Assembly: GCA_964476855.1 (NCBI GenBank)
Contig: CAYZCF010000004.1
Location: 1-40,507, forward strand
Origin: an uncultured Chlorobiaceae bacterium
Lineage (GTDB): Bacteria > Bacteroidota > Chlorobiia > Chlorobiales > Chlorobiaceae
Direction of reading: 5' to 3'
Length of the DNA stretch: 40,507 nt
Shown one piece after another: positions 8,292-20,131 of the stretch (position 1 is its first letter; every line of letters begins with the position of its first letter). A program made the position numbers and the translations under genes. The notes beneath the pieces are model-generated. The model saw only the letters and a program-made list of their open reading frames with translations. It ran no database searches and was not told where the DNA came from.

Positions 8292-9161
8292 TCACTTTGC
8301 GGGTTCGATCAAAGCGGAGAGCCACTCGTCTTCGTAGATGGTCTTGACGTTGGTGTACTTGATGCGCTTGAGGAGCTGCTTCAGCCACGGTTCGTCATAG
8401 ACCAGCACGCCCGAAAGCAGCACCTGCGCCGTCGGCGCGTGGCGGCGGATGGCAGGCAGGATGCGGTCGAGCACGTTCTTGTTGATGTTGGCGAGGATCA
8501 GGTTGTAGCCATCCTCGAGGTTCGCCACCAGCTCCTCCTCGGCGTCGAGCAGCTCGACGCGAATGTCGGTCACGTCGTTTTCGGCGACATTCTCGACGGC
8601 GTTCTCCGCCGCCCAGGCGTTGTTGTCGAAGGCGAGAATCGGATTCTTGTTGCCGAGCTTGCGGGCCGCGATGGCGAGCACGCCGGTGCCGGTGCCGATG
8701 TCCATGCTCTTTTTGTCTGCGAGGTCGAGCGCATCCCTCTGTCGCAGCATCAGGCGCGTGGTGGCGTGATAGCCGGTGCCGAAGGACATTTTCGGATTGA
8801 TGGCGATGACGATCTGCCCCGGTTTGACCGTATACTCCTTCTGGTGCTGGATGATGAGGAAGCGGTCGGAAATTTCCACCGGCTGCAAATGCGCCTCCCA
8901 CTCGGCGTTCCAGTTCCGGTCGGCCATGAACGACGCCATGAAGTGCGGCACGGAGCCGAAGGTCTCCTGCAGGAGGGTTTTGATGGACTCCTCCTTTTCA
9001 GCGTTCCACTCGCTTTCGGGAAGGTAGGCCATCAGCTTGCGGTCCTCTTCGAGAAAATATTCGATGCCCTCCTGCGAAAGCAGGGCGATATAGAGTTCGT
9101 AAAGGTCGCTGTCGATCTCGAACGCGAGTTCGATGTGGTTATGGGTTTTCGGCGGTTGCAT
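8292..9161 (-). CDS. prmA: 50S ribosomal protein L11 methyltransferase
   Basis: NWNAEWE, INPKMSFGTGYHATT, DIGTGTGVLAI, LANIN and LLSG motifs. Confidence 0.93.
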   Translation of the reverse strand: MQPPKTHNHIELAFEIDSDLYELYIALLSQEGIEYFLEEDRKLMAYLPESEWNAEKEESIKTLLQETFGSVPHFMASFMADRNWNAEWEAHLQPVEISDRFLIIQHQKEYTVKPGQIVIAINPKMSFGTGYHATTRLMLRQRDALDLADKKSMDIGTGTGVLAIAARKLGNKNPILAFDNNAWAAENAVENVAENDVTDIRVELLDAEEELVANLEDGYNLILANINKNVLDRILPAIRRHAPTAQVLLSGVLVYDEPWLKQLLKRIKYTNVKTIYEDEWLSALIEPAK

Positions 9162-9216
9162 CGGCGATGGTCTTGCTGTGAGTAAGAGCTGTGAGGGAAG
9201 ATAGCATTTCCGGCGA

Positions 9217-9276
9217 GAATGGGGCGAATGGGGTCGATGGGAAAGAGTCGCTAAGCTTCCGATTAGAGACTCTTTC
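9217..9276. repeat. 9-mer tandem repeat (x3) followed by a 14-bp inverted repeat with 8-bp spacer
   Basis: GAATGGGGC GAATGGGGT CGATGGGAA, then GAAAGAGTCGCTAA-gcttccga-TTAGAGACTCTTTC (13/14 complementary). Confidence 0.75.
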
Positions 9277-9541
9277 GATATGAATGGAGTTCGCGTTTAA
9301 AAACAAAGTCTGTTCCGTTTAGAAAGGACAGGTCTCCCTAAATGGCCAAGATATTCCTTACTCTTGCACCCGATCTGGCATATCGGTCAATTCAGTCCGG
9401 AACAAAGGGGTTGGCGATCTGGCGGAGGTTGTCGCCCAGCACGGACGGGGCTGAGAGAAATTTGGCGCAACCGGAAAACGCATGGGGGAGTTTCGGCAAA
9501 TCCAGCTGCTTCTGTGTCTGCCGAGAATGAGGATGACAATT

Positions 9542-10267
9542 TCAAAGTTCGATGTACTCGCCGTTTTGCAGCGAATAGCGGCGGAGGTTCAGGGGTTCGC
9601 CGGCGTCGAGCTGGATGGCCAGCGCGGTGGCGAAGCCGCAGATGTAGTCGAACACAGGGGTGACGCAGGTGATGGTTCGGTCATGGCCGAATGGCACGAG
9701 GAACCGGTTCATGCGGTACTGCGTGGCGACATCGAATGCAGCCAGGCCATATTCGAGAGGGCAGCCGCATGCTTTGATCAATGCCTCCTTGATGCTCCAT
9801 ATCCGGATGAAGGCCTTGTTCTTTTCCCAGCTCGGCAGGTTCACGATGATCGCATACTCCTCGGCGGAGAAGTATTTGAGCGCAAGCTGGTCGATGTCGT
9901 CCACGGTACGGATTCTCTCGATGTCGATGCCCGTTTCGGGGTGCCTGGAAAAGGCATAGACAATCTGGCGGCCAGAATGCGAGAGGTTGAAAGAGAGGCC
10001 TGAGTTTTCCGGGTATGCGATGAACGGCTTGCCGACCGGCGTGCTGTCGAAGCGGATCAGGGAGGGGGCGATGGCCAGGGGTTCGCCGAGGAGCTGTCGG
10101 AGGAGCCCCCTGCGGAGAACGAAGTTTTGCCGGTCGTTGTCGAACCGGAAACGATCGGCCAGCTCCTTTTCCTCATCGGTAAGATTGTCGAGGAGCGTCG
10201 CTTCGGGAATTCTGGCGATGTGCGTGTCGGTATGGATGAGGGTGACGGCCTCTTTCGAAATGATCAT
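9542..10267 (-). CDS. 4'-phosphopantetheinyl transferase, Sfp type
   Basis: GKP, FNLSHS, GIDIE and WSIKEALIKA motifs. Confidence 0.9.
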   Translation of the reverse strand: MIISKEAVTLIHTDTHIARIPEATLLDNLTDEEKELADRFRFDNDRQNFVLRRGLLRQLLGEPLAIAPSLIRFDSTPVGKPFIAYPENSGLSFNLSHSGRQIVYAFSRHPETGIDIERIRTVDDIDQLALKYFSAEEYAIIVNLPSWEKNKAFIRIWSIKEALIKACGCPLEYGLAAFDVATQYRMNRFLVPFGHDRTITCVTPVFDYICGFATALAIQLDAGEPLNLRRYSLQNGEYIEL

Positions 10268-10688
10268 CGTTGCGTCTCTCTGGTTTACGGGAAGGGCGCG
10301 GCTTCACTTCGCGAACAACCTTCCGCTTTGCCAATCTACGATTTTTTGACGAGCATCGTTCCCGGAGAGTGAGCTTGTCGGGATCGCCGTTACACAAGCG
10401 CTACGAGCCGGGCGAGGCGGATTTTGGAAAAGAGTGAAAAGCGCCTGTTTCGCAAAAAAGGGGCGAGACGGGCAGGGCTTGCCTATTTGCCTTAGGAACT
10501 CGGGGTTCGATTTGGAGCGATCCTGAGCTGGCGGATTATAAAAATGGAGAAAAGAGGCCGTTAAGTCAAAAAAACGACAGATGAAATTTTGTTTTTTGAG
10601 GTAATTCTTTTACTTTGGTCGTCCTTATGGTTTTCCCTGAATGATTTTTCACCGGAAGTCTCAAACGAAATAGAAAAGAGTTTACTGT

Positions 10689-11087
10689 ATGCCGACGATT
10701 CAGCAGCTTATCAGGCACGGAAGAAGTATGAAGGCGTCCAAGACCGCCTCACCGGCACTGGAAAAATGCCCTCAGAAAAGGGGTGTCTGCACCCGTGTTT
10801 ACACGACTACCCCCAAAAAGCCGAACTCCGCGCTTCGCAAGGTCGCTCGTGTCAGGCTGTCAAACAAGATCGAGGTGACGGCGTACATTCCCGGTGAAGG
10901 CCATAACCTCCAGGAACACTCCATCGTGCTGATTCGCGGTGGAAGGGTCAAGGATCTTCCTGGCGTGCGTTATCATATTGTTCGCGGCTCCCTCGATACC
11001 TCGGGCGTGGCCGATCGCAAACAGAGTCGCTCCAAGTATGGTGCGAAGGTTCCGAAGCCCGGCGCAGCTCCGGCAAAGAAGAAATAA
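10689..11087 (+). CDS. rpsL: 30S ribosomal protein S12
   Basis: [31 protein letters not shown]. Confidence 0.99.
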   Translation: MPTIQQLIRHGRSMKASKTASPALEKCPQKRGVCTRVYTTTPKKPNSALRKVARVRLSNKIEVTAYIPGEGHNLQEHSIVLIRGGRVKDLPGVRYHIVRGSLDTSGVADRKQSRSKYGAKVPKPGAAPAKKK

Positions 11088-11111
11088 AACTGAATCTTAA
11101 CTCGGATTATA

Positions 11112-11582
11112 ATGGCAAAGAAGGGTTCCGGATACGGAGTGCGCGGCGGCGATCATCGTTACGGTGACGAGACGGTTTCCCGTCTGATCAACGCGATCAT
11201 GCTCGACGGCAAGAAGGTTGTGGCGACCAAGGTGGTGTACGATGCTTTCGATATCATCGGTAGTAAGGTCGAGGATGGCAACGCTCTCGAAGTGTTCCGC
11301 AAGGCGATGAGCAATGTCGCTCCGCTGGTCGAAGTTCGCAGCAAGAGGGTTGGTGGCGCCACCTATCAGATTCCGATGGAGGTGCCGGCTTCCAGGAGAA
11401 CCGCTCTGGCGTTCCGCTGGATCAAGCAGTATGCCACCAGGCGAGGTGGTCGCTCGATGGCCGAGAAGCTCGCAGCCGAGCTGCTCGATGCTTCCAACGA
11501 GCAGGGTGCATCGGTGAAGAAGCGCGACGAGGTGCATCGCATGGCCGAGGCCAACAAGGCATTCGCACACTTCAGGTTCTGA
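11112..11582 (+). CDS. rpsG: 30S ribosomal protein S7
   Basis: RVGGATYQIP, HRMAEANKAFAHFRF. Confidence 0.99.
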   Translation: MAKKGSGYGVRGGDHRYGDETVSRLINAIMLDGKKVVATKVVYDAFDIIGSKVEDGNALEVFRKAMSNVAPLVEVRSKRVGGATYQIPMEVPASRRTALAFRWIKQYATRRGGRSMAEKLAAELLDASNEQGASVKKRDEVHRMAEANKAFAHFRF

Positions 11583-11618
11583 GTCTGTTAAGCAGGAATT
11601 ATTAAAATAGATTGATTT

Positions 11619-13733
11619 ATGGCACGGCAGGTTGCGTTAGATAAAGTCAGGAATATCGGGATCATGGCCCATATCGATGCGGGCAAGACCACGACGACGG
11701 AGAGGATTCTCTATTACACCGGTCGCTTGCACAAGATGGGCGAGGTTCATGAGGGCGGCGCCACCATGGACTGGATGGAGCAGGAGAAAGAGCGTGGCAT
11801 CACCATCACCTCCGCTGCTACCACCTGTTTCTGGACTCCGAAGTACGGCAACTACACCGGCCTCAATCACCGAATCAACATTATCGATACTCCCGGCCAC
11901 GTTGACTTCACGGTCGAGGTGGAGCGTTCGCTTCGCGTGCTCGATGGCGCGGTCGCGCTCTTCTGTGCCGTTGGCGGTGTCGAACCCCAGTCTGAAACCG
12001 TTTGGCGTCAGGCCAATAAATATGGCGTGCCGAGAATCGCTTACGTCAACAAGATGGATCGCGTTGGCGCGGACTTCTTCGACACGGTCAAGGCGATCCG
12101 CGAGCGCCTTGGCGCAAACCCGGTGCCGATCCAGATTCCGATCGGTCAGGGCGAAATCTTCGCCGGCTTCGTCGATCTGATCCGCATGAAAGGGATCATC
12201 TACGACAAGGAAGATGGCAGCACCTACACCGAAGTTGAAATTCCGCACGATCTCGAAAACGAAGCCCGCACCTGGCGCATCAACATGCTCGAAGCGGTTT
12301 CGGAAGTTGACGATACCCTGCTCGAAAAGTACCTGAACGGCGAAGAGATCACCGAAGACGAGGTTCGCAGCGTCCTCCGTCAGGCAACGCTCGGCGTCAC
12401 CATCATTCCGGTGCTTTGTGGTTCCTCCTTCAAGAACAAGGGCGTGCAGTTCATGCTCGACGCAGTGATCGACTACCTCGCTTCGCCGGTCGATGTCGGC
12501 GCAGTGCAGGGGCATCACCCGAGAACCGAAGAGGAGGTCGTCCGTCAGCCGAAAGATGAAGAGCCGTTTGCCGGTCTTGCGTTCAAGATCGCGACCGATC
12601 CTTTCGTCGGCAAACTGACCTTCTTCCGTGTTTATTCCGGCGTACTCAACGCGGGCAGCTATGTGCTCAACTCGGTCACTGGCAAGAAAGAGCGTGTTGG
12701 GCGCGTGCTGCAGATGCACTCCAACAAGCGCGAGGAGCGTGATTCGGTCTATGCTGGCGATATCGCCGCCGCAGTCGGTCTGAAAGATGTCAGAACCGGT
12801 GACACGCTCTGCGATGAAAACAATCCTATCGTGCTCGAAAAGATGGTGTTCCCCGAACCCGTCATCGAGATCGCGGTAGAACCGAAAACCAAGGCGGACT
12901 CCGACAAGCTGGGCATTTCACTTGCCAAGCTCGCCGAAGAGGATCCGACCTTCAGGGTGAAAACTGATGAGGAAACAGGCCAGACGCTCATCGCTGGCAT
13001 GGGTGAGCTTCACCTCGAAATTCTGGTTGACCGCCTGAAACGCGAGTTCAAGGTGGAAGCCAACGTTGGCCAACCGCAGGTTGCCTATCGCGAGACCATT
13101 CGCGGCAAGGTTGAATACGAAGGCAAGTTCGTTCGCCAGTCCGGCGGTAAGGGCCAGTTCGGCCTGGTCGTGCTCAGGGTCGAGCCTCTCGAAGAGGGCA
13201 AAGGCTACGAGTTCGCTGACGAGATCAAAGGCGGCGTAATTCCTAAGGAGTATATCCCGGCAGTCAACGCCGGTATCCAGCAGGCGATGAAAGACGGCGT
13301 TGTCGCCGGCTTCCCGATGCAGGATATCAAGGTGGCGCTGATCGACGGTAAGTACCACGAGGTTGACTCTTCGGAAATGGCGTTCAAGATAGCAGGTTCC
13401 ATCGGCTTCAAGGGCGCGGCCAAAAAGGCCAACCCTGTGTTGCTCGAACCGATCATGAAGGTCGAGGTCATCACGCCGGAAGAGTATCTCGGCGACGTGA
13501 TGGGCGATCTCTCGGGACGCCGCGGTCACATCGAAGGCATGGGCCAGCGCGCAGGCGCGCAGTTCGTCAGCGCCAAGGTACCGCTCTCCGAGATGTTCGG
13601 CTACTCGACCGATCTTCGTTCGATGACCCAGGGCCGCGCGAACTACTCGATGGAGTTCGAGAGCTACCGCGAGGTGCCGCGCAGCATCGCCGAAGCATTG
13701 CAGGAGAAGAGGGTAGGCAAGGATTCCGAATAA
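11619..13733 (+). CDS. fusA: Elongation factor G
   Basis: [34 protein letters not shown]; follows rpsG. Confidence 0.99.
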   Translation: MARQVALDKVRNIGIMAHIDAGKTTTTERILYYTGRLHKMGEVHEGGATMDWMEQEKERGITITSAATTCFWTPKYGNYTGLNHRINIIDTPGHVDFTVEVERSLRVLDGAVALFCAVGGVEPQSETVWRQANKYGVPRIAYVNKMDRVGADFFDTVKAIRERLGANPVPIQIPIGQGEIFAGFVDLIRMKGIIYDKEDGSTYTEVEIPHDLENEARTWRINMLEAVSEVDDTLLEKYLNGEEITEDEVRSVLRQATLGVTIIPVLCGSSFKNKGVQFMLDAVIDYLASPVDVGAVQGHHPRTEEEVVRQPKDEEPFAGLAFKIATDPFVGKLTFFRVYSGVLNAGSYVLNSVTGKKERVGRVLQMHSNKREERDSVYAGDIAAAVGLKDVRTGDTLCDENNPIVLEKMVFPEPVIEIAVEPKTKADSDKLGISLAKLAEEDPTFRVKTDEETGQTLIAGMGELHLEILVDRLKREFKVEANVGQPQVAYRETIRGKVEYEGKFVRQSGGKGQFGLVVLRVEPLEEGKGYEFADEIKGGVIPKEYIPAVNAGIQQAMKDGVVAGFPMQDIKVALIDGKYHEVDSSEMAFKIAGSIGFKGAAKKANPVLLEPIMKVEVITPEEYLGDVMGDLSGRRGHIEGMGQRAGAQFVSAKVPLSEMFGYSTDLRSMTQGRANYSMEFESYREVPRSIAEALQEKRVGKDSE

Positions 13734-13785
13734 CAGTTTTTCATCACCGCATCATTTAAAAAGATAACCGACAGGGAGAAGAGTT

Positions 13786-14967
13786 ATGGCTAAAGAGTCA
13801 TACAAGAGGGATAAGCCCCACGTAAATATTGGTACAATCGGTCACGTTGACCACGGTAAAACCACTCTTACCGCAGCAATCACCAGCGTTCTGGCCAAGC
13901 AGGGCATGGCCGCTTTCCGTGAGTTTGGCGACATCGACAAGGCACCGGAAGAGAGAGAGCGCGGTATCACCATCTCGACTGCACACGTCGAGTATCAGAC
14001 GGCGAACCGTCACTACGCGCACATCGACTGCCCCGGTCACGCTGACTACATCAAGAACATGATCACCGGTGCTGCCCAGATGGACGGCGCTATCCTCGTC
14101 GTCGCCGGTACCGACGGCCCGATGCCTCAGACCCGCGAGCACATCCTGCTTGCCCGTCAGGTGAACGTGCCCGCTCTGGTCGTCTTCCTGAATAAGGTTG
14201 ACATTGCTGATCCGGAACTTCTCGAACTGGTCGAAATGGAACTCCGCGAGCTCCTCACCGAGTACGGTTTCCCTGGCGACGATATCCCGATCATCAAAGG
14301 TTCCGCCCTGGCCGCTCTCAATGGCGAGCCCGAAGGCGAAAAGCAGATTATGGAGCTCATGGATGCCGTTGACAACTACATTCCGCAGCCTGTCCGCGAC
14401 GTTGACAAGCCGTTCCTGATGCCGGTCGAAGACGTGTTCTCCATCTCTGGCCGTGGCACCGTGGGTACCGGTCGTATCGAGCGTGGCCGCGTCAAGGTTG
14501 GCGAAGAGATCGAGATCGTCGGTATCAAGCCGACCCGCAAATCGGTCGTTACCGGTATCGAAATGTTCCAGAAAATCCTCGACGAGGGTGTGGCAGGCGA
14601 CAACGCCGGTCTGCTCCTCCGCGGTGTTGACAAGACCGAACTCGAGCGCGGTATGGTTATCGCCAAGCCGGGTTCGATTACTCCTCACACCAAGTTCAAG
14701 GCTGAGGTTTACATCCTGAAAAAGGAGGAGGGTGGCCGTCACACTCCGTTCTTCAACGGCTATCGTCCGCAGTTCTACTTCAGAACCACCGACGTTACCG
14801 GTTCTGTGACCCTTCCCGAAGGCGTCGAAATGGTTATGCCTGGTGACAACCTCTCCGTCGATGTCGAGCTGATCGCTCCTATCGCCATGGAAGAGAGCCT
14901 CAGGTTCGCTATCCGCGAAGGCGGCCGTACGGTTGGTGCCGGTTCGGTAACCAAGATCGTCGAGTGA
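13786..14967 (+). CDS. tuf: Elongation factor Tu
   Basis: [41 protein letters not shown]. Confidence 0.99.
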   Translation: MAKESYKRDKPHVNIGTIGHVDHGKTTLTAAITSVLAKQGMAAFREFGDIDKAPEERERGITISTAHVEYQTANRHYAHIDCPGHADYIKNMITGAAQMDGAILVVAGTDGPMPQTREHILLARQVNVPALVVFLNKVDIADPELLELVEMELRELLTEYGFPGDDIPIIKGSALAALNGEPEGEKQIMELMDAVDNYIPQPVRDVDKPFLMPVEDVFSISGRGTVGTGRIERGRVKVGEEIEIVGIKPTRKSVVTGIEMFQKILDEGVAGDNAGLLLRGVDKTELERGMVIAKPGSITPHTKFKAEVYILKKEEGGRHTPFFNGYRPQFYFRTTDVTGSVTLPEGVEMVMPGDNLSVDVELIAPIAMEESLRFAIREGGRTVGAGSVTKIVE

Positions 14968-14985
14968 TCGATTGATTGTTATCCC

Positions 14986-15016
14986 GGGGCGAGGCATCGC
15001 ACTCGCCCCATTTTTA
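14986..15016 (+). terminator. Probable intrinsic terminator/attenuator between tuf and rpsJ
   Basis: GGGGCGAG-gcatcgca-CTCGCCCC followed by ATTTTTA. Confidence 0.65.
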
Positions 15017-15044
15017 TTGAAACCATCGAAACAGGGATAGACCA

Positions 15045-15356
15045 GTGGCTGTTCAGCAAAAGATCAGGATAAAGCTCAAGTCTTACGACCATAGCCTCGT
15101 TGATAAGTGGGCTTTGAAGATTATCGATGTGGTCAAGCAGACGGATGCCATCATTTTTGGCCCCATTCCGCTGCCCACGAAAACTCATGTATATACGGTC
15201 AACCGTTCACCTCACGTGGACAAGAAATCCCGTGAGCAGTTCGCATTCTCATCGCACAAGAGGTTGATCGAGATCATCAACCCGACGGCCAGAACGATTG
15301 ATATGCTCATGAAGCTGGAGCTTCCGAGCGGCGTTGATGTGGAAATCAAGTCATAA
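15045..15356 (+). CDS. rpsJ: 30S ribosomal protein S10 (GTG start)
   Basis: [31 protein letters not shown]. Confidence 0.99.
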   Translation: MAVQQKIRIKLKSYDHSLVDKWALKIIDVVKQTDAIIFGPIPLPTKTHVYTVNRSPHVDKKSREQFAFSSHKRLIEIINPTARTIDMLMKLELPSGVDVEIKS

Positions 15357-15390
15357 AGTGTTTTAAAGTAAATAGAAAAGGTAATCGGAT

Positions 15391-16020
15391 ATGGGTGCGA
15401 TTCTCGGGAAAAAAATCGGCATGACCCGTTTATACAATGATAAACGCGAAGCTGTTCCCTGCACGGTGATTCAGGCCGGGCCGTGTTACGTTGCTCAGGT
15501 AAAGAGCGCGGAAAAAGATGGCTACGATGCCTATCAGCTCGGTTTCGGCGAGCGTGATGAAAAAAAGGTTTCCAAGCCTCTGGCCGGACACTATAAAAAA
15601 GCTGGCAGGAATCCCGGATACATCCTGTCTGAAGTCAGCAAAAGTCTTCTCCCTGAAGAACTTGCCGCTGGCGCTACCGTGCCTGTCGATGTCTTCAAGG
15701 AAGGTGACAAGATCGATGTGCTCGGCGTTACCAAGGGTAAAGGTTTTGCCGGCGTTGTCAAACGCCACAACTTCGGCGGCGGTTCGAGGACGCACGGTCA
15801 GTCCGACAGGCTTCGCGCTCCGGGTTCGGTCGGCGGATCTTCCGATCCTTCGAGAACCTTCAAGGGCACCAGAATGGCCGGAAGAATGGGTGGAGAGAAC
15901 AAGACCGCCCGGAATCTGGTGATCGTCAAGGTGATGCCCGAGTCCAATCTCATCGTCGTCAAAGGCGCGGTACCCGGACCGAAGAACTCCTATGTCAAGA
16001 TTGTTTCAAAAACCAAGTAA
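15391..16020 (+). CDS. rplC: 50S ribosomal protein L3
   Basis: [28 protein letters not shown]. Confidence 0.99.
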   Translation: MGAILGKKIGMTRLYNDKREAVPCTVIQAGPCYVAQVKSAEKDGYDAYQLGFGERDEKKVSKPLAGHYKKAGRNPGYILSEVSKSLLPEELAAGATVPVDVFKEGDKIDVLGVTKGKGFAGVVKRHNFGGGSRTHGQSDRLRAPGSVGGSSDPSRTFKGTRMAGRMGGENKTARNLVIVKVMPESNLIVVKGAVPGPKNSYVKIVSKTK

Positions 16021-16039
16021 ACGGTGAGTGCAGAGAACA

Positions 16040-16666
16040 ATGGAATTAAAAGTGCTCAATATAAAAGGCGCAGAAACCGGTGAAGTGGTTACGCTGAACG
16101 ATGAGATTTTCGCCGTTGAAGTTTCTGAACATGCCATGTACCTGGATGTGAAGGCAATTCTTGCCAATCGTCGTCAGGGTACCCATAAAGCGAAGACCCG
16201 CGCAGAAGTTCGCGGCGGCGGCAGAAAGCCGTATCGCCAGAAAGGCACCGGCAATGCCCGCCAGGGCTCGACCCGTTCGGGTCTGATGGTTGGCGGCGGC
16301 ACCATTTTCGGCCCAGTGCCACGCACCTACGAGCAGAAGGTCAACCGCAAGGTCAAGCAGCTCGCCCGCCGTTCGGCGCTGAGCGCCAAGGCCGCAGCCG
16401 GTCAGATCGTTGTGGTCGAAGATTTCAGCCTCGAAGCGATCAAGACCCGCCCCGTTGCCGATATGCTCAAGAACCTCGGTCTCGCCGAAAAGAAAACGCT
16501 CCTGCTGATGCCGTTCCACGATGCCGTGGTCAGCACTTCGGGCAGGAACATCGAGAAGTTGAACGTCATGGTTGCCGAGCAGGCTTCGACCTACGATATT
16601 CTCAACAGCCAGGCCGTGCTTTTCCAGAAGGCCGCCCTGCAGAAAATAGAAGAAACATTAGGGTAA
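16040..16666 (+). CDS. rplD: 50S ribosomal protein L4
   Basis: [36 protein letters not shown] 16040 is preferred over GTG 16028. Confidence 0.98.
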   Translation: MELKVLNIKGAETGEVVTLNDEIFAVEVSEHAMYLDVKAILANRRQGTHKAKTRAEVRGGGRKPYRQKGTGNARQGSTRSGLMVGGGTIFGPVPRTYEQKVNRKVKQLARRSALSAKAAAGQIVVVEDFSLEAIKTRPVADMLKNLGLAEKKTLLLMPFHDAVVSTSGRNIEKLNVMVAEQASTYDILNSQAVLFQKAALQKIEETLG

Positions 16667-16699
16667 TTACCGTTTGCCAGTAAAAAGGAGAAGATTGCA

Positions 16700-17011
16700 A
16701 TGAAAAACCCGTTGTTGCGGCCGTGGCTGACCGAAAAGAGCACAAAACTCACCGAGCAGAAAGGCCAGTATGTGTTCCAGGTCAAGATGGACGCCGACAA
16801 GTTCGACATCAAGAAAGCGGTCGAAGAGAAGTTCGGCGTTGACGTGGTCTCGATCCGCACCATCAACTGCCTCGGCAAGTCAAAGCGGCAGTACACCCGC
16901 AAGGGGCTCATCGCCGGAAAGAAGAACGACTGGAAAAAAGCGGTCGTGACCCTTGGCGACGGCCAGACGATCGACTACTATGCCAAGCCGGCGGAAAAGA
17001 GCGAGAAATAA
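16700..17011 (+). CDS. rplW: 50S ribosomal protein L23
   Basis: [24 protein letters not shown]. Confidence 0.98.
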   Translation: MKNPLLRPWLTEKSTKLTEQKGQYVFQVKMDADKFDIKKAVEEKFGVDVVSIRTINCLGKSKRQYTRKGLIAGKKNDWKKAVVTLGDGQTIDYYAKPAEKSEK

Positions 17012-17040
17012 GATTATCAACTGGATAGATAAATAGTACG

Positions 17041-17880
17041 ATGGCAATCAGGAAATTAGCGCCGGTCACTCCGGGCACAAGGTTCGCCTCATATGCAGGT
17101 TTCGATGAGATCACCAAGAGTGCGCCCGAGAAGAGCCTTCTTGTGCCGATCAAGAGAACCGGAGGACGCAACAGTAACGGTCGCGTGACCTCCCGTCACA
17201 TGGGCGGCGGTCACAAGAGGTTCTACCGTATCATCGATTTCAAGCGCAACAAGGACAACGTGCCTGCAAAGGTTGCCGCTATCGAATATGATCCCAACCG
17301 TTCGGCCAGGATTGCACTTCTTCATTATGTTGATGGAGAAAAACGTTATATTCTCGCCCCGAAAGGTTTGAAAGTCGGCGACCGCATCGAAAGCGGCGAA
17401 AAGGTGGACATAAGGGTTGGCAACACCATGCCCCTGAAAAACATTCCGATCGGTTCCGATGTGCACAACATCGAGCTGAGAGCCGGAAAGGGCGGTCAGA
17501 TGGCAAGGTCAGCCGGTTCATATGCTGTGCTTGCCGCTCGTGAAGGATTCTACGCTACCCTGAAGATGCCGTCGGGCGAAATCAGGAAAGTCCGCGTCGA
17601 GTGCCGTGCAACCATCGGTGTCATCGGCAACGCGGAGCACGAGAACATCAGCCTCGGCAAAGCCGGACGCAGCCGCTGGCTCGGCATCCGTCCCCAGACT
17701 CGCGGTATGGCCATGAACCCGGTCGATCACCCGATGGGCGGTGGTGAAGGTAAATCGAAGTCCGGCGGTGGACGCAAGCATCCGAAGTCGCCGTGGGGTC
17801 AGCTTGCAAAAGGTCAGAAGACCCGGAACAAGAAAAAAGCCTCGACGAAGCTTATCGTTCGCGGCAGAAAAGCCAAGTAA
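17041..17880 (+). CDS. rplB: 50S ribosomal protein L2
   Basis: [29 protein letters not shown]. Confidence 0.99.
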   Translation: MAIRKLAPVTPGTRFASYAGFDEITKSAPEKSLLVPIKRTGGRNSNGRVTSRHMGGGHKRFYRIIDFKRNKDNVPAKVAAIEYDPNRSARIALLHYVDGEKRYILAPKGLKVGDRIESGEKVDIRVGNTMPLKNIPIGSDVHNIELRAGKGGQMARSAGSYAVLAAREGFYATLKMPSGEIRKVRVECRATIGVIGNAEHENISLGKAGRSRWLGIRPQTRGMAMNPVDHPMGGGEGKSKSGGGRKHPKSPWGQLAKGQKTRNKKKASTKLIVRGRKAK

Positions 17881-17913
17881 CAAAGCGGAAACAAACAACA
17901 AGCAGAGAGAATT

Positions 17914-18210
17914 ATGCCAAGATCACTGAAAAAGGGCCCGTTCATCGAATTCAAGCTGGAAAAGCGGATCCTTGATATGAACAGCAAAGGTGAGAAGAAG
18001 GTGGTGAAAACCTGGTCGAGAAGCTCGATGATCTCTCCTGACTTTGTCGGTCACACCGTAGCGGTTCATAACGGCAAGACCCATGTGCCGGTTTACGTCA
18101 GCGAAAACATGGTCGGCCACAAACTTGGCGAATTCGCTCCGACCAGGTTGTTCCGCGGCCATGCGGGCGGCAAGGCTGAAAAGGGCGGTTCGGCACCCAG
18201 GAAAAAATAA
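17914..18210 (+). CDS. rpsS: 30S ribosomal protein S19
   Basis: [30 protein letters not shown]. Confidence 0.99.
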   Translation: MPRSLKKGPFIEFKLEKRILDMNSKGEKKVVKTWSRSSMISPDFVGHTVAVHNGKTHVPVYVSENMVGHKLGEFAPTRLFRGHAGGKAEKGGSAPRKK

Positions 18211-18240
18211 ACTGAATAACGCGGAAAGGTAAGAGATATC

Positions 18241-18600
18241 ATGCAAGCTAAAGCAATTTTACGGCATACACCGACGTCGCCCAGAAAAATGCGGCTCGTG
18301 GCCGGCCTTGTTCGTGGCAAGCAGGTCGATCAGGCGAAAGCCATCCTGCACAACTCCACCAAAAGTGCCTCCCGTAACGTGATGGTTACGCTCAAATCGG
18401 CTGTTGCGAACTGGTCGCAGCTCAATCCCGACGAAAGGCTCAATGACAACGAGCTGTTCGTGAAAGCGGTCTTCGTCGATGAAGGCCCTTCGCTCAAGAG
18501 GCTCCTTCCGGCTCCGATGGGCCGCGCCTACAGGATTCGCAAGCGTTCGAATCACCTGACCATCGTCGTGGACAAGCTCGAAAACAAGGTAACCAAATAA
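18241..18600 (+). CDS. rplV: 50S ribosomal protein L22
   Basis: [41 protein letters not shown]. Confidence 0.98.
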   Translation: MQAKAILRHTPTSPRKMRLVAGLVRGKQVDQAKAILHNSTKSASRNVMVTLKSAVANWSQLNPDERLNDNELFVKAVFVDEGPSLKRLLPAPMGRAYRIRKRSNHLTIVVDKLENKVTK

Positions 18601-18614
18601 ACAAGGAGATAACA

Positions 18615-19379
18615 TTGGGTCAGAAAGTTAATCCAACCGGATTCAGGCTGGGAATCATCAAGGACTGGACTTCCCGCTGGTACGATGACGGACCGGTTAT
18701 CGCCGAAAAGATCAAGCAGGATCAGGTTATCCGCAACTACGTCCAGGCAAGGCTGAAGAAAGAGAAGGCCGGTATTGCCAAAATTGTTATCGAGCGCACG
18801 ACCAAGCATATCAAGATCAATATCTACTCCGCTCGTCCTGGAGCTGTCGTTGGCCGCAAGGGTGAAGAGATCAACAATCTCTCGCAGGAGCTGACCCGCA
18901 TCACCGGCAAAGAGGTCAAGATCGACGTTGTCGAGGTGATCAAGCCGGAAATCGAAGCGCAGCTCATCGGCGAGAACATCGCCTATCAGCTCGAAAACCG
19001 CGTCTCTTTCCGCCGTGCCATGAAGATGGCGATCCAGCAGGCCATGAGGGCTGGAGCCGAGGGCGTCAGGATCCGCTGCGCAGGCCGTCTCGGCGGTGCT
19101 GAAATCGCCCGCGCCGAGCAGTATAAAGAGGGCAAGATTCCGCTTCACACGCTCCGCGCCAATGTGGACTACGCGAGCGTGACCGCTCACACCATCGCCG
19201 GTGCTATCGGCATCAAGGTCTGGGTGTACAAGGGCGAAGTGCTCGTCCAGAGACTCGATGCCATCGAAGAGGATGAGATGAAGAAAATGCAGGAGCGCCG
19301 TGGCGACTCTCGCGGCAGAGGTGGACGTGGCGATGGCCGCGGTTCGAAACGCCGCCGCCGTCCGGCAAAGAAAGCCTGA
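18615..19379 (+). CDS. rpsC: 30S ribosomal protein S3 (TTG start)
   Basis: [29 protein letters not shown]. Confidence 0.99.
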   Translation: MGQKVNPTGFRLGIIKDWTSRWYDDGPVIAEKIKQDQVIRNYVQARLKKEKAGIAKIVIERTTKHIKINIYSARPGAVVGRKGEEINNLSQELTRITGKEVKIDVVEVIKPEIEAQLIGENIAYQLENRVSFRRAMKMAIQQAMRAGAEGVRIRCAGRLGGAEIARAEQYKEGKIPLHTLRANVDYASVTAHTIAGAIGIKVWVYKGEVLVQRLDAIEEDEMKKMQERRGDSRGRGGRGDGRGSKRRRRPAKKA

Positions 19380-19424
19380 TCGTACACAAGTACTATATAA
19401 TCCGAAAAGAATGGAGTTGCTGGT

Positions 19425-19844
19425 ATGTTAATGCCAAAGAGGGTTCAATACAGAAAGACGCAGCGTGGCCGTATGAAGGGGAACGCCGGGCGTGGGACGG
19501 CGGTTACGTTTGGCTCATTCGGCCTGAAGGCTCTTGAGCCGGCATGGATCACCAGCCGACAGATCGAAGCCGCTCGCGTCGCCATGAACCGCTACATGAA
19601 GAGGGACGGAAAAATCTGGATCAGGATTTTCCCTGACAAGCCGGTTTCGAAGAAGCCCGCCGAAACCCGAATGGGTTCCGGTAAAGGTTCGCCGGAGTTC
19701 TGGGTTGCCGTCGTCAAACCGGGCCGCGTGATGTTCGAGGCCGATGGCGTGCCGCGAGAAGTCGCCGCAGAGGCCTTCAGGCTTGCCGCCAAGAAGCTGC
19801 CGATCAAGACCAAGTTCATCGTCAGACCAGACTACGAAGGATAA
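19425..19844 (+). CDS. rplP: 50S ribosomal protein L16
   Basis: [27 protein letters not shown]. Confidence 0.99.
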   Translation: MLMPKRVQYRKTQRGRMKGNAGRGTAVTFGSFGLKALEPAWITSRQIEAARVAMNRYMKRDGKIWIRIFPDKPVSKKPAETRMGSGKGSPEFWVAVVKPGRVMFEADGVPREVAAEAFRLAAKKLPIKTKFIVRPDYEG

Positions 19845-19874
19845 CGAGCAATCTAACCGCCAGGGAAGCATATA

Positions 19875-20081
19875 ATGAAAAACTATGAAATAGCGGCCAT
19901 GGAGAAGAAAGAGCTCCTCGCAAAGATCGAAGAGCTTGAAAACAGGCTGGCCGACATCAACTTTTACCAGGCAATCGAACCGCCGCAGAACCCGATGGTG
20001 TTCCGTAACTCGAAGCGGGATATCGCCCGGATGAAAACCAGACTCACCCAGATCGACAGGCAGGAAAAGAGCAACGCCTGA
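19875..20081 (+). CDS. rpmC: 50S ribosomal protein L29
   Basis: Position between rplP and rpsQ; NP…KRDIARMKT motif. Confidence 0.95.
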   Translation: MKNYEIAAMEKKELLAKIEELENRLADINFYQAIEPPQNPMVFRNSKRDIARMKTRLTQIDRQEKSNA

Positions 20082-20131
20082 CAGGGGTGCGTCAGTAAAC
20101 AATAAAAGGTTTCAACAGAAAGAATAAACAA

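Noticed and set aside
3309-9185. Long alternate ORFs overlapping the ligase, THUMP methyltransferase, ppx and prmA (e.g. 3309-4418, 6778-7614, 8172-9185)
   Set aside because: They overlap well-supported genes almost entirely and have the Arg/Ala/Pro-rich composition typical of non-coding frames in high-GC DNA.
10589-10616. Possible str-operon promoter TTGTTT-16 bp-TACTTT
   Set aside because: A promoter must exist in this gap, but the match is too weak to place it from sequence alone.
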